From NCBI GenBank assembly GCA_030295235.1, contig AP026135.1, positions 124,001 through 188,000 of the forward strand: a DNA stretch of 64,000 nucleotides, written 5' to 3'. Below are positions 22,806-35,508 of this stretch, in pieces (position 1 is the stretch's first letter; each line of letters begins with the position of its first letter). The DNA is from Fistulifera solaris. Taxonomy: Eukaryota. The translations under genes and the position numbers were made by a program. The notes below the pieces were generated by a model. That model saw only the letters and a program-made list of their open reading frames with translations. It ran no database searches and had not been told where the DNA came from.

Positions 22806-24301
22806 TTATGGATCTGTGACAACGATCGAATGAACCCAACTGCGATGCACCTCGAGAATGGTCATATCACCGTCTTGCAGTAGCAACTGATCTAGCCACG
22901 GTGGCGTAAACATAGCATATTCCTGTATCTCTGGATCTTTCCATAAATGAACTTGATGGACAATACGCCCGCTGTTACCAACAATGGTGGTTCGATCCAT
23001 GTGCGCGGCAAACTGGCGTACCGGCATTTCGATCACACCCGCAGGTACCATTTTCACCGGAATATGAATGGGTACTTTGTCATCGGAGGCGACACCGACA
23101 CCCCAAACACTACCATCTTCCAGTAACATGGCCGTGTGATGCGATCCACAGGCAATTTTCTCGACACGTAGAGACGAGGGTAACCCATGCAATACAAATG
23201 GCAAAGTTGCGTCTGACGCAATCTTCTTTCCCACATCATCCCCAAATGCCGGTAGAACGTGCTTTCCCCAGATCAAGACACGATTATTGTCTGTCAACGC
23301 AGCTGAATGGATCATTCCTGCCGCAACTTGTCGAACTTTCCCGATTCTCTCGTATATTGGTTTGCTGCCTCCTTCAAATGCGGCCACGACATCTTCCCTG
23401 ACCCGTAAAGGAAAATGTCTTTTTTGACAGGAAGCGCCGTATGCGACTCTCCCATGATTACTTCTTGACCCAACTGGCCCCGTTCGCCTTTACCCCAACA
23501 GAAAACTTCACCTTCCGAGTTCAAACAAATCGCGTGCTGCAATCCTAATTCCACCTGGGTAATGGGAAACGACTGCTCCATCTGCGCCCGTGGACCTTCC
23601 GCAAACTCGGAAGATAAACCAGTGACTCGAGTTGGGTGCCACAAGTTATTTACCGTATAGCCACTACCGCATTGCCCATAACTGTTGAGACCAAAAGCGT
23701 ATAGGTGACCTTCTTTCGTAATGAATGCCGAGAAGCCCGCGGAACAAGCTACTGCAACGGGTTGATGGACGTTTCCTTCGGTAGCTTCCACAGCCGTCAA
23801 GGTAGACAATATGGATTGAGATCGAGCAGTTTCCCATGCTTTTGCATCGGGTGATAACGAATCCGATAACCATGACACCAAACTCCCTACAAGCTCCGTC
23901 GGATTGAAGAGATCGATGCCTCTCGATTCTGTCTTCATCTTGGGCGAGTCCAAAACGGTAGATTCGACGGTTTGTCGTACCGAATAATCACGAATCATTT
24001 TGGGAAGACGTTTCAGACGTAACAGTGCCGAAAAGTCATGAGGGCGCCCCGTCATGAGGAGTTCTCGATTTGGTGTTAGAACCGCCGTGTGTCCCCAACC
24101 GGTGGCCACCGAATGAACAGGGCCCGTGTACATTGGTTTTAGAATCGTAAATTCTTCTTCATCATCATAATGTCCTGGAATATCTTCCTGAAAGTTGCCG
24201 ATCCCCAAAGCACCAGTCCAACCTTCTCCTACGGCATACACAGCGAACTGCCTCGTGAGCGGTCGGAGTCTTCGTTTGATACCGCCACGCGCGCTGATCA
24301 T
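22806..24301 (-). CDS. RCC1-repeat protein, probably mitochondrial (frameshift at about 23410)
   Basis: RCC1 blades VATGWGHT, YAFGLNSYGQCG, VFCWGKGERGQLG, VAAGMIHS and IACGSHHT. Arg-rich presequence-like N-terminus. Confidence 0.85.
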
Positions 24302-24927
24302 TCCGAATCTTGTTGCTCTATAGAACTGGACTTCTTCCTGGTACTTTTTCTGATTTAAATGAATGAGTAACTCGTTGCTGGCTAGTTATGGATGCCGCAT
24401 TCGTTCTCTTTGCTTTTTTGTTTTTGATTTTGTGATTTTCGTTTTTGTGATGACGATTCACCACCGTGGCTGATTGAACTACTGAGGTTCGGGTTAAATT
24501 GCCAAAAATCCGTTCATTACATGACCGGCACTTGAATGATTAATTACAAAATATTTAAAGACATCAAAAGCACGCTCTCATCCTAAACAATTGTTTACTA
24601 TTTAGATGTAAGTACAAGGTTTGATAGCCAAGTATTTTCCGCGATTACGCAGTATTATGGCGACCGTCGACGCTACACGACACCTTACAAGAACGCCGCG
24701 CACGCCGATCAAGAGACATCGCGCAAATACGGCCATCATTCGTCTTCGAAAATGTCTCGCGTGGGTATATTGCAAACACGAGTTGGGTTCTCGATGGAAA
24801 ACCTGTCGCTCTGTTTCACAATCGAAAGCGAAGACCATTTCCGTGCCAGTTCAAGCAACACTCTGTCGTTTCATAATTCTCTCAAAAGAAAGTCGCGATA
24901 GCATACTTCTAACAACAGATCAGCAGC

Positions 24928-25302
24928 ATGAGTCGTGAAATACAACGACGAAACTCCAAACAGCGTTTGGACGATGGATGGGTGGACAGCATGGTCGAAG
25001 TCGCCAAAGTGTGCAACAATCTATTTACCAAGCAATGCAATCTTTGCAATGTTTACACCAACAAGCAAGTCGAATTCGAGTGGCGACAAGAAAGAACACA
25101 AAATAGTGATAGTAGTAGCCCAGTCCAACGCGCCTTGCAGAAAGTGAACCGCGGCAATCTGGAAGTTCACATGTATCGCCAGTTCCTGTTTGACGAAGAA
25201 TCGGTGATTGCGGGGGCAAGTCTTCGCGAGGATGACACATCGATCCAGCGCATGGGAAGTCAAGACGGAGAGCGCAGCGTACTGACGCATGGAACCAACT
25301 AA
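24928..25302 (+). CDS. Hypothetical protein
   Basis: 124-aa ATG ORF with protein-like composition filling the gap between genes. No known motif. Confidence 0.55.
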   Translation: MSREIQRRNSKQRLDDGWVDSMVEVAKVCNNLFTKQCNLCNVYTNKQVEFEWRQERTQNSDSSSPVQRALQKVNRGNLEVHMYRQFLFDEESVIAGASLREDDTSIQRMGSQDGERSVLTHGTN

Positions 25303-25467
25303 CCACGAATGAAGCGATGGAATAGAAAGTCATTCCGATATATTCGCTAGATGGGCGCTTTCTATATTGTAACATTTCAACCTGTGAACTCGTATTCATA
25401 AATAATTATAACCAGTGTTCTGTAAATGTAATCTCTCGGCATTTTCATTCCATTCTTCTACTCTGTT

Positions 25468-27167
25468 TTAAAAAGGAGCTTCACTGGATACAGTACCATC
25501 AAAATCACCACTTCCGCGTGGACGATTGTCATCGTACTCTTCATCATCCACCGTCACCCAATCTATCTCCATTGCTTCCTCTTCACGGGCTTCTTCCTCC
25601 ATCGCTAATCTCTTGTAATCTAAGCAAGCAAATCGATCCCAGTCACAGTCAAATTCATCCTCTCGTTTTTGCCGTTCCATGAAAGGATCTCGTTGTTCAA
25701 ACATCAGATACTTGTTCAAATTGAATAACGCATCGAACAAAGCTCCAGAAACTTGAGAACATTCGGGTTGCAAAAGTCTTCTGCCACCAGATGCTCCGTA
25801 CTGGCCGGTTTAATCATATCCATCATTTGGCAAAGCATGTCCTCGAACGGAACGATTTCGTGACCCATACACTGCATCCGGTGGAGCTGCACCGCGTAAA
25901 ACGATCGCATTTCCATGTTGTTCAATTTACCGTCACCGTCTACATCGACGCAACTGAACCAGTAACGCACCGAGACTTCGTTGCTTTTGTCTTCTTCCGA
26001 TAACATAAAATAAATGAAATCTTCGTAACTCAAGAAATCTCGATTCGGGTTCGGTGGATTGAAGGGTCGGGGGCGGCTTCGAAAATCCGATCCACGATCA
26101 TATGAGAAAGGGAGTGATCCCCATATTTGAGTAAATCTTCTCGCGTGATACGGTAGTCGCGGTCGTGATCCAGTTCCCAAAATCGACAATAGAGTACATA
26201 AAAGTGCTCGTAACTGAGAAAACGCGTGACATTGTTAATGTCTTCTTCTTCGTCGACTTGTTGAAAGGCTTCCAGTAGATCCGATCGTCGTATTTGCCGG
26301 CTCGTGATGCGACCCGAATGGCACTTGTCGACACTGTAAAAGATACGAGTAATGACGGTGACGGCATATTTCTCCTGAAACTCAGCGTGACTGGATAAAA
26401 ACTCGAGACCGGGATGATCATTCAACAAAGCCTTGATGAATGGCAAAAAGTCATCGCGGAGAATGCAATCATTTTCGGGTTTCTTAACCAACCGAAAAAA
26501 ACGATCCGATACATCGTAGGTTTCCATTTCTCGCTTCCAATACCATTCCAGCATACGAAAGGTCACCACTTCCATCGGTGATTGATGCTCCCCGAAGGCA
26601 TCATTCCACAAATCCAAAAATCCGCTGATACAAAGGCTGATTGAAGAACGACGGGAACCGACACACTTCTTTGGTAATACGAACAAAGGCATCTTGCGTC
26701 AAATACTTGCGTCCTAATTTCTGCGACTGCTGGTCGTCTTCCGACGTGACGGAACTGACGGAACCCGGCGAGGTCAAGGGCGGATCTTGACCCAGTTCGT
26801 TGAAAATGAGCCGCGCGTGATCGCGGGCACAGGTATTATTTTCGCGCGGTGAATGAAAGACGTCTTCCTCTTCGTCTTTCTTTTCTTCTTCAAGAGGTTC
26901 CCATTGTTCGTGTTGTTGCAGTGCGGTGAAACGTCGTCGATGTCGTGGTTCATCATTCGTGTCATTGCCTCGAGGATAGAATGGAGGAATAATGACCGTC
27001 TGGGGACTTTGTTGTGTCGAATCATCATGATCTTGTTTGGCTCCCTGATGATTTGCTTCTTCTTGAGCATGATAACGTTCAATCCATTGCAATACTTGTT
27101 CGTACACATCGTCGGATGTGAGCCACGAGACGAGCAATTCGTCCATTTTGACTGCGGAATAAGACAT
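25468..27167 (-). CDS. Protein phosphatase 2A regulatory subunit B'' (PR72 family, EF-hand)
   Basis: Motifs HPGLEFL, FSYEHFYVLYCRFWELD-like, VDVDGDGKL EF-hand and DWDRFA. Four ORF pieces joined by frameshifts at about 26620, 26068 and 25773. Confidence 0.93.
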
Positions 27168-27544
27168 GATGATGAAGGAAAGCAGCGTCGATTAATTATT
27201 GCTGTGTCTTAGTAGATGAGATGCGAAAAGTGGCAATCTACAATCGTTTTCGTCTTCACAAGACTCTTCAAAGAGACAATACAATCAATGTCGCACTATA
27301 ATATGATGAATTATGCTTCCCATTAGGATTGTCGTCTGCGACCCAATTCGTGGCGTGCAAAGTGGGTAGTGCTGCGGGCCGCGGAATGAATGCATAGAAA
27401 CATTGCAGCAGAGAGACTGACTACCAGTACCACAATGACAACGAGCCTTGCACTCATTCCTGGTACTCTCTACAGCTGTTCGACATCGAACTTGTTCTGT
27501 TGTTAATCGAATAACTGGAACGATCCAAGTAACGGTACCTATAC

Positions 27545-27590
27545 GACTCTAAAGGTACTCTTTTGTAGGACTCTAAAGGTACTCTTTTGT
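27545..27590. repeat. Perfect 22-bp direct repeat (24-bp period)
   Basis: gactctaaaggtactcttttgt at 27545-27566 and 27569-27590. Confidence 0.95.
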
Positions 27591-28374
27591 TCGTCACGGA
27601 TGTCATTATTTTACGTAGTAATCGGTAAAGCTCGACGCCTATACAAAAAGGAATGAATGGTCGTCGGTCCTCGTCTCCGTTGGGATCCACTTCCCACTTC
27701 CAACCCGGAACGATGAAACTCTTCAGACGAAGACGGAAAAGTTTTTCCTGCGTTTTTGGACGGCAATGAAGATCTTAGTGCAATTTCTCAATAAGAACAC
27801 AATTGGTCTGATAGTAGCGATGATGATATTCAAGATCAATTTACACTACAAGAAGCAACGAAGAAATCGAGGAAGTGGATGGCGGAGATCACAACAATGA
27901 AGTAGATAATGTTGGTGAATAGAGAAGTGGCTAGATCTGGATTCTCTGCGGAGGGTCTGGCACCGCCCGTTGGAGCCTAGAGTTGACACACACACACGCG
28001 ATCCTCGGTGCTCAACCTGTAGATCAATGGTTTTCTTTTGATTCCATACTTTGTACAAGCATCTTTTTTAAGCTGTGTTAGCATTTGTTACGTAATGGAC
28101 TTTCAAGAAAGAGACGGCTTACTTCGACATACGATGATTAGTTTTCGTGTCCCACTGGGTGTACATACTTGTTAGATGAGATCCAGTGCGACAGGGATTT
28201 ATTATGAAACAATCGAACCATGCAATGGGCGGAAAACTGCGTGAAAAAAAAAGAAAACAGAACATTCCGCTTGCTGTCCTTCATGTAGATATTTCTCCTT
28301 TGTTCGTTAACACACTCGATTCTACGTTTGTGAGAGTCTTCTCAACGTCCATCACTCTCCTGCAAGCTCGCAAC

Positions 28375-29331
28375 ATGTCGATAAATTCTTGCGAAGAAGA
28401 CAACCAGAACTCACTTAATAGCAACAGCAGCATTCCTTCGTTGATGACACTCCCGTTCGATTGCCGCATCGCCATTTTCCAATGCGTCCCGAATCTTTCC
28501 GATATTGCTTGTACCTGTCGTCAGTTACGACACGAACGGGATCATCCCTCTCTCGATCCAACGAGAACTGTCACCATCCGGTTCCGCGGACCGACCTCGG
28601 GGGAATCCTTAGTACAGAGTTTGAAGCATATGAAAGATGCCCTCGGCAGGACCGGTTTTCCCCTGGAATTGCAATTGACGAGTTCTTCCTTTGTCATTCC
28701 AACCGACTTTAGTCGCTATTCGCATTTAGTTCGTCAATGGAGCCTTCCACAAGTGCGGTTGCTGGATTTGTCGAATCGCATCACAGAGGACGAAGATACA
28801 TCACCGAAACGTGTTGACATCAGTGTCCTCATGTTTCTCGCCATGGTGTTACCCAATTTACTCGAAATTGATCTGACTGGAATGCAAACAAATCAGTTTT
28901 CCTTGTCGTTTTTGTCGTGGAAATCGCCGCAACTGCGCTGCATCTACTGGAACGCGGCCGGAGTCGATCAACCAGCGTCGGGCTTGCATCTTTCGGCGTG
29001 TCACAATCTGCAAGAATTGTATTTAGACGACTGTATCTTTTCCATTATTGGGGATGACGAAGAGCGTATGTTTGGGGAACCTGAAGAAGAGGATCGCAAC
29101 GATGACGATGATACCTTGTTTCGATGTTGTCGCAGTCAATTGCAACGCGTGAGCTTACGGAACGCCATGTACCGCGTGTACGATGACAAGCGACAAATCA
29201 AACCGTTTACACAGTCGTGTTTAATGCGATTTGTCCGAGTGACGCCCACCTTACGGTGGTTTTGTAGTGATTTGACGCCCGACAATTGTCGCGTATTACA
29301 GCAAGAACGTCCCAGTGTCCTTTTCGCATAA
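28375..29331 (+). CDS. F-box-like/LRR-like protein
   Basis: N-terminal SLMTLPFDCRIAIFQC..IACTCRQLR resembles an F-box. LRR-like strands follow (VRLLDLS, LLEIDLT, LQELYLDDC, LQRVSLRN). Confidence 0.7.
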   Translation: MSINSCEEDNQNSLNSNSSIPSLMTLPFDCRIAIFQCVPNLSDIACTCRQLRHERDHPSLDPTRTVTIRFRGPTSGESLVQSLKHMKDALGRTGFPLELQLTSSSFVIPTDFSRYSHLVRQWSLPQVRLLDLSNRITEDEDTSPKRVDISVLMFLAMVLPNLLEIDLTGMQTNQFSLSFLSWKSPQLRCIYWNAAGVDQPASGLHLSACHNLQELYLDDCIFSIIGDDEERMFGEPEEEDRNDDDDTLFRCCRSQLQRVSLRNAMYRVYDDKRQIKPFTQSCLMRFVRVTPTLRWFCSDLTPDNCRVLQQERPSVLFA

Positions 29332-29399
29332 AATATAATATTCGATGACAGCCAGTCGTTGCTTCACAAAATGCTGATAATAATTGATAGCCACTTAGC

Positions 29400-30647
29400 T
29401 CATAAGTTACTAGCGATCTTTTTCTCGACAAAAGTTTCCAAGCTCGACAAAATTCGCACTTCCAGTTGGCGTCCATTGACGTAAACGGCTTGATCGTCCC
29501 GAAGGGTGATCAGATGACGGCGTCCTCCTTCCATCGCGCGCGATTTCTCTTCCACCCGTGTCACCCACTGTTCCTCGTCGTAATGGACAAAGACGGAATA
29601 CTCTCCCATCATTTGGAGGCCCGCTACCGATTCCCATGCACCATATTCTTCCATTCCCGGCACGACCCGAGGATCATCCCACTCCTTCCAACAAGCGGTT
29701 TGCATCCACCGTCCCGCGAGTATCGCTCCCGCACTGGCTCCAATGTAAAAGGCATTCGTCCGCTGACACAATTGCAACAAATCCGTATCCCAGTGACCCT
29801 TTGTCATACAATGATGCAACCAAAACGTATTGCCTCCTTGGACATAGATTAGATGCGGTGACCATTCACCGAATACTTGTTTACCCTGTGCAGGAATGGT
29901 AGCAATGTCAACGGCACAACAATATGGACTTTGTTGTGGTTGTTTGACGGATCCATCGTCCCAATCGACGGTACATATTTGCACCGGAATCGAGGAATGT
30001 TGTGGATGTGTTAACAATTGTTGCAGCAATTGAAACAATTCATCCCGTCGTTGTTTGGCATCAGCACGAGCCCGTTGACGTTGTTTTCCGGGTGTATTAT
30101 GCGATTCCGGTCGTAATGCATACATTGCGGTCGGTATATACGCCACACGCAAAACAATGGGATAATTGCGAAGAAGGGACGCATTTTCCTTTTCAGTGAA
30201 ACAATTCCAAAAGACTTTTAGAGGATCGTCGATAACTTCATCCACTTTGGATACAGCCTCATCCAATTGCTCCAAACAGGACCAAGCTGCCACATTTGTC
30301 GGTCCACAACAAGGACTAAAGGTAGCCGATTGTTGAACGATACTTTCGACCTGCCGAATGGCCTCGAGGAGTAATGTTCGAACCAGGCCATGACGGAGGG
30401 CCTCTTGTGCGGCGACATTGTTTCGTAAGCCATCTGTGAACGAAGACAGCAGTAAGCCGTGCGATAATATCCATTCGTCGTCCTCTGCATTCGTTATAGG
30501 CAAAGAGGATAGTGTCGAGAAACCACTCACAATTGGTGGCCGCCTTACTCGAATTGAATTGTAACTAAAAGAATGAAGGCTAGGCAACCATAATAGTGTC
30601 GACCACCAGCAAAACGTTGCGAGAATCCCATGTCGAGAAAGCAGCAT
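29400..30647 (-). CDS. Peptidase S51 (peptidase E-like) family protein, probably plastid-targeted
   Basis: Motifs AYIPTA, IYVQGGNTFWL, nucleophile YIGASAGAI and VHY. Hydrophobic N-terminus ending LHS-F. Confidence 0.85.
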   Translation of the reverse strand: MLLSRHGILATFCWWSTLLWLPSLHSFSYNSIRVRRPPIVSGFSTLSSLPITNAEDDEWILSHGLLLSSFTDGLRNNVAAQEALRHGLVRTLLLEAIRQVESIVQQSATFSPCCGPTNVAAWSCLEQLDEAVSKVDEVIDDPLKVFWNCFTEKENASLLRNYPIVLRVAYIPTAMYALRPESHNTPGKQRQRARADAKQRRDELFQLLQQLLTHPQHSSIPVQICTVDWDDGSVKQPQQSPYCCAVDIATIPAQGKQVFGEWSPHLIYVQGGNTFWLHHCMTKGHWDTDLLQLCQRTNAFYIGASAGAILAGRWMQTACWKEWDDPRVVPGMEEYGAWESVAGLQMMGEYSVFVHYDEEQWVTRVEEKSRAMEGGRRHLITLRDDQAVYVNGRQLEVRILSSLETFVEKKIASNL

Positions 30648-31112
30648 CGCCTGTCTTCTATTTATTGTTTTGTTGGTGATCTCAATGTGTTGATTTTTAC
30701 GTTGAAAAGTGAGCGATGACGACGATCGACGACGAGAAAAACATTTTCTGCGCGGCCGAAAAGTGGTGCGACTTTCTATCATGTTGTGATTTGAGACGCG
30801 CTCAATAGCTGACGCAGAGCATAGCTGTTGACATTACCTACATCAAATCAAACATCCAAACTTACGTTTATTTTAATACGATAGTTCACTGTTAAAGACG
30901 CTGGTTGGTTGATTAGCATGAATCATCGGAAAAGTACACCCTAAACTTCATTTTCAAATTCCGGGACTGAAAGTAAGTTGAGTCGGATGTTTGTTACGCT
31001 TTCTTATTCATCGCCACTCGCCACAACTCTCTAGGTCTATAAGTTTGATAGCAGCGATAACGATGCAACAATCAATTGCCTTTTCAGTTTTGTGCATTAT
31101 ACTTGAACCATT

Positions 31113-33963
31113 CTAGACGACAGGTATAGATGCTTCCACCATACGCAACAGTGCCGACAGTCGTTGTTTCTCCGACTTGCTAAAACCATTATTGTGACCA
31201 CAATGCAAATTCAAGAAACAGCCCGTAGAGTTGGGAGAAGAGTCTTGAAGATTACGGGAAGCTTGATACAGAGCAACAGAAGCTGTGATTCGTTCCTGAG
31301 CGTACTGTAACATTCCAATGATATATCCCATTTCGTGCAATACAGAGGACAACGAATCATCCGTATTGTGTTCCAGTAACAACGAAAGACGTTCTAACAC
31401 TTCGGGAATCGGTTTGGGAAACACCTTAGTCGGTGGGCTTTCTTGTTGTTGATATCCCGCTGGTCGTTCGTCAAAGTCGGCCGGGACAATGGTTAAGGGC
31501 CGAGTAGGGTCGGACGACAGGCGTCGTTCCGCATGGCCGACCACGGTTTGACCTCCAAATACAAGGAGAGAACAAAGCCATGTCACGGTAGTATCGTGTC
31601 CTCGTTTCACCGACACACCCAATGTTCCACCCGTCAATCCACTGCAACTGGACAAAACGGTCCACGCTTCAACCACGAGAGGATGAGAACCCGACAGTCC
31701 TTCGCCATCAATGTCGAGTCCATTGGACAATGCTCTGCGCGCCACTTTTCCGATTCGCTTACAACTCGCGGCAAAATGAAAGGCTTCTTCCATCGTTATA
31801 TATCGATCTGAAGGCCAACTTGGGGCCCGTGGGTGAAAGGATGAAGATACATACCTTGAGTCATTGACGCAAACGTCTTCCCAGTTCGCCATTCGATAAT
31901 GCAAAGGTTCTTCGGTGAACCAGCCAATACCCCTAGTAGCCGATACTGAAGCCTTATTTCCACGATAAAGCTCCTTCCAAAGTGCTATCCCAGACCTGAG
32001 ACTAGCCGAGTCGGAGATGATGACATCGGCCGCGTCATTAGCGACTACTTTAGGACAAGAAGCGGCCAAAAAGGCCCCATGACATCGCTGTTCCAAAAGG
32101 GCGCCAAAGCTCGAATCGCGTATCCACTCCAGCCGCCCACTAATCTCTGTGCCACGGACTCTAGGTTGCAAAATGTACGATCGCAAATCAGCAACCTGAT
32201 TTTGCTTTGAGTCCCTGGCATTTGAGATAGGCGGTGACCCACACCGGATGCCGCGACACCTCCGATGCTCTCTCCATGAACCACGAGTTTTTCTATACCG
32301 AGATCGTTCAGTAAGTGTAGGGCCACTGTCGTTCCGTCGTCTCTTAACGTGTCAGTGGTTGGACGAAACGAAAGAAACGAAGACTTGAAAACTCGTTTCA
32401 ATCGTGAACAAACTCCAGGATAGTAATGTTCGTCCGCTCTTTGTCCCGACAAGCAAAAGGTGGAACCATAGCTTCGTCCATAACCAGCGTAGTTGAATGT
32501 GTAAAAATCGTATCCCTGAGCTGTGTAAAAATCGGCCCAACTATGATCGTGTGTATTGTTGTCAGGATCGGCTGTGGGAACATTACCACCCACAAGACTC
32601 ATGCCAGTTGCAACCTCGATCAACCCCGCGTTTGGGTTGCAGTATAGGACGGCTTTCGGGCTGCGTGTTCCCTGTAGCGTTTGGCCTCTCGCCGGAAAAA
32701 GAAGAACATCTAACATACCTCCCGACGGCCGTCGAACCCAGAATTGCGTGGCTCCACGGTAGCGACTCAGCATGCATCCACGCTGCAAATCGAAGCCAAA
32801 TATAGAGTCATGGGGCGGTGGATCGATCATTGGCATCAGCGAACTCAATCCTGATTTGACAAAATCGACCAGCGAGCCATTCTGCTCCTCAATGCGCCTT
32901 CGAATCGCATCTGCGGGATCCTCCTCGCCTCTCTCGTCGCTGTTTTCGCTTGTAGTAGTCACTGGTTTCAGAGAAGTAACAAAGTCACGAAATTCCATCA
33001 TCACCGAAAGTAATTGTTTTGCGATTTTGCGGCTTTCGTCACTCATTTGAGAAGTTGGCTTTCGAGCGCCTGGGTCCAAAATAGATTTTGCGCTCGCTTC
33101 AAACTCATCCATGAGATGAATAATGGTCGATAGCTGTTCGAGCAACGTTCTTCCGTCAGCCCGTGCTTGCAACTAGAGTTAAGAGTGAAACAAGTGAGGT
33201 TCCTGACGGTAAAAGCAATGTTGGAAAGTTAGCCCAAAGACCCCCCACGTACCGTCAATCCAGACAAATCACCCAAATCGCCCGTCAGTATATTATTTCC
33301 AAATCTCGTCAAATCTGCTGCCTTTGGATGTGTAGCGGAAGGAGGTTGGCGGAATAGGTACAGCAAGGACTCCAGGTAAACGCCCAGCACTCGGTCTTTG
33401 TACGACAAGGCGTGATTCCATTGAGATGCCACGTCACCCCTGGATATACTGGAACCTTCGGAAAATCCAGGAACGATAACAGAAAGAACTTCGATGATAG
33501 CATTGGAAGCCGCCAAAAGCATTCGAACCGAATATTTGGAGAATTCGGTCTCGATTTCCTTGACAACTCCGCTGTTACTTCCCGGAAAAGCAATCATTCG
33601 AATAAATGCGCGTCCACCAAAGAAAACAGCACTCATCAGAATCGCATAGACACCCCATTCTGACACAACTAGAGCCAAGAGGTAAAAAGGGAACCAGATG
33701 GAAACAAATAGTAGATAGACTGCGACGAATACCAGTGAAGTAATCTTCCCATTGTGGACAAGCACGTGAAATACCGAGGGAAGCGCATCCGCGAGACTGC
33801 GAGTTTGCAGAATTCGAATCAAAGCAAACCGAAGAGGCGCTGGGATTGACATGAGCCTTGGATCCGCAGTAGTCGTCGTTTCCATCCCAAATGTATACAG
33901 ATCGTCACCTCCTTCTTCCGTCAAGGCAAGATCGTGTCGTAGAAGTGGCGCAATGAGCGCCAC
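31113..33963 (-). CDS. Membrane-anchored alpha/beta-hydrolase (start codon uncertain)
   Basis: N-terminal TM helices, intron 33252-33173, motifs VLYCNPNAG, FNYAGYGRS, HGESIGG and LLICDRTF. Frameshift at about 32073 into ORF 31113-32186. Confidence 0.85.
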
Positions 33964-34470
33964 GTTATTGTCTCGTTCCGTCGAATGCAGTCTTTCGGTG
34001 AAGCGCGAGTGATTCCTATCCGGTCACTCGGCGATCGATCAGATGAGAAATACAAATTGCACTGGCAAGGGTCAATGCGCATGAACCTTTAACAAAATAC
34101 TACGTAATGGCAACGAATAAGGCGCATCCGGTGCGATCCTAACTGTTGTTTCAGGTTAGGCTGCACTATGTCATTTTAAACACGATAAGACATCAAGCTA
34201 TCGGGTCCGAGTCGATGGCTTGCTCCGTAGGGTTACCAGTTACCACACTCTAGGTAAAAACAAACCCCCTCTTGACCTATAATATACAACCTCTGACCTA
34301 TGAGCACACTGAACTATCATCCAGTTCGCTATCTTAGTAGTCAGGGGGTCTAGAGGTATTAGTCGAGTGTTGACTTCGTTTTCTTTGCGTTTTTTCGATA
34401 ATGTACGATTTGAGGATCATTTCGTGCCCGTATTTTCTATTCAGCAAGCGCAAGTATCATAGGTTTGCAT

Positions 34471-35508
34471 CTATCGACTACCCGTCCCATACTTTTCGTC
34501 GTCCCCGGGCATTCCAAATTTAGATCCGTCCAAAACTTCCATTGTTCCCAACAATCCGCTCCATTGTGGCTGACCGGTCGCCCGTCTTAGAATTTTTCCA
34601 TTCTTCTTGATAATCAGAGTAATCCCTTTCTCACATACATCGAAACCTTGTCCGATGGCTGTCCTTATTTCTGGTTCCAGTACTTCAGCCCACGCCATGG
34701 GACCTCTCGGAAATCCAACAACTTCATTGGCTCTGTTAACATCAAAGTTTCTATCTCTTTCTCCCTGTGGAGTTGTTTCTTTCCAACAAGAACTCGTATC
34801 ACCAACCCGCACCAAATCTGCTCGAGCCTCTTGCAACAAAACTGGTACAAGAAGTATATCGGCGGCCTGTATGGCCTCGGGAAGAGTGTTCTTGTCGACC
34901 AATTGATCCGCGTTCAGCGATCGACATAATTCGGCAATGTATTCCTTGCCACCCGCCGCAATAAGAACGCGTGAACTTCGTCGGTAGTCCGACAAAGTCG
35001 CAATATCACTTTCATCAGACGCTCGCTGTACGACCAGCTTGGCCAAAGCCCCACCTTGCTTGATCCGAGCTAAATTCGATTCACCCGCTCTCCAGTCGCG
35101 GTACGTAATCGCCGCACAGGCAGCGACGGCAATCACATTAATGGCAATGGATTGAACCGCTTCTTCCATGGGAGGCGCGTCAGAATAGCCAGCGTAAGCT
35201 TTCACTCCCGTTAGTAAAGAAAAATAGAACGCCACCAACGCCGACAATGTGCTACTGCCAAAGAAAAACAAACGCACCGTACGAAAGGGAGATTCCACTT
35301 CTTCCCGGAGACGCTGTTTCGCAGTGTATCCACCAAATGTCTCTTCCAAATTATTTCGTTCCTCTTTCAGACTCAGGCTGCTGCCACGTGCTACCGCCAT
35401 CGGTTGCAACAAATTCGTGCGACGAGGAACAAAAGCTTTCCCTGTGGCTACATAGCACGCCGCTACTGTCAGCCCGAGCAGTCCTTTATGAATATTGCAC
35501 ACGTTCAT
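34471..35508 (-). CDS. LPA1-like/DUF3493 thylakoid protein (PSII assembly)
   Basis: Signal peptide plus GKA-FVP. RLREEVESPFRTVRLFFF followed by two TM helices. C-terminal LIIKKNGKILRRATGQPQW. Confidence 0.8.
   Translation of the reverse strand: MNVCNIHKGLLGLTVAACYVATGKAFVPRRTNLLQPMAVARGSSLSLKEERNNLEETFGGYTAKQRLREEVESPFRTVRLFFFGSSTLSALVAFYFSLLTGVKAYAGYSDAPPMEEAVQSIAINVIAVAACAAITYRDWRAGESNLARIKQGGALAKLVVQRASDESDIATLSDYRRSSRVLIAAGGKEYIAELCRSLNADQLVDKNTLPEAIQAADILLVPVLLQEARADLVRVGDTSSCWKETTPQGERDRNFDVNRANEVVGFPRGPMAWAEVLEPEIRTAIGQGFDVCEKGITLIIKKNGKILRRATGQPQWSGLLGTMEVLDGSKFGMPGDDEKYGTGSR

Noticed and set aside
27303..27420. Box C/D snoRNA (ATGATGA...CTGA)
   Set aside because: There is no terminal stem or identifiable guide sequence, the motifs are short enough to arise by chance, and it lies in the PP2A promoter.
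34265..34358. Imperfect hairpin (cctctgac..gaact/agttc..gtcagggg) as an ncRNA or MITE
   Set aside because: The pairing is short and mismatched, and no second copy is seen in the window.
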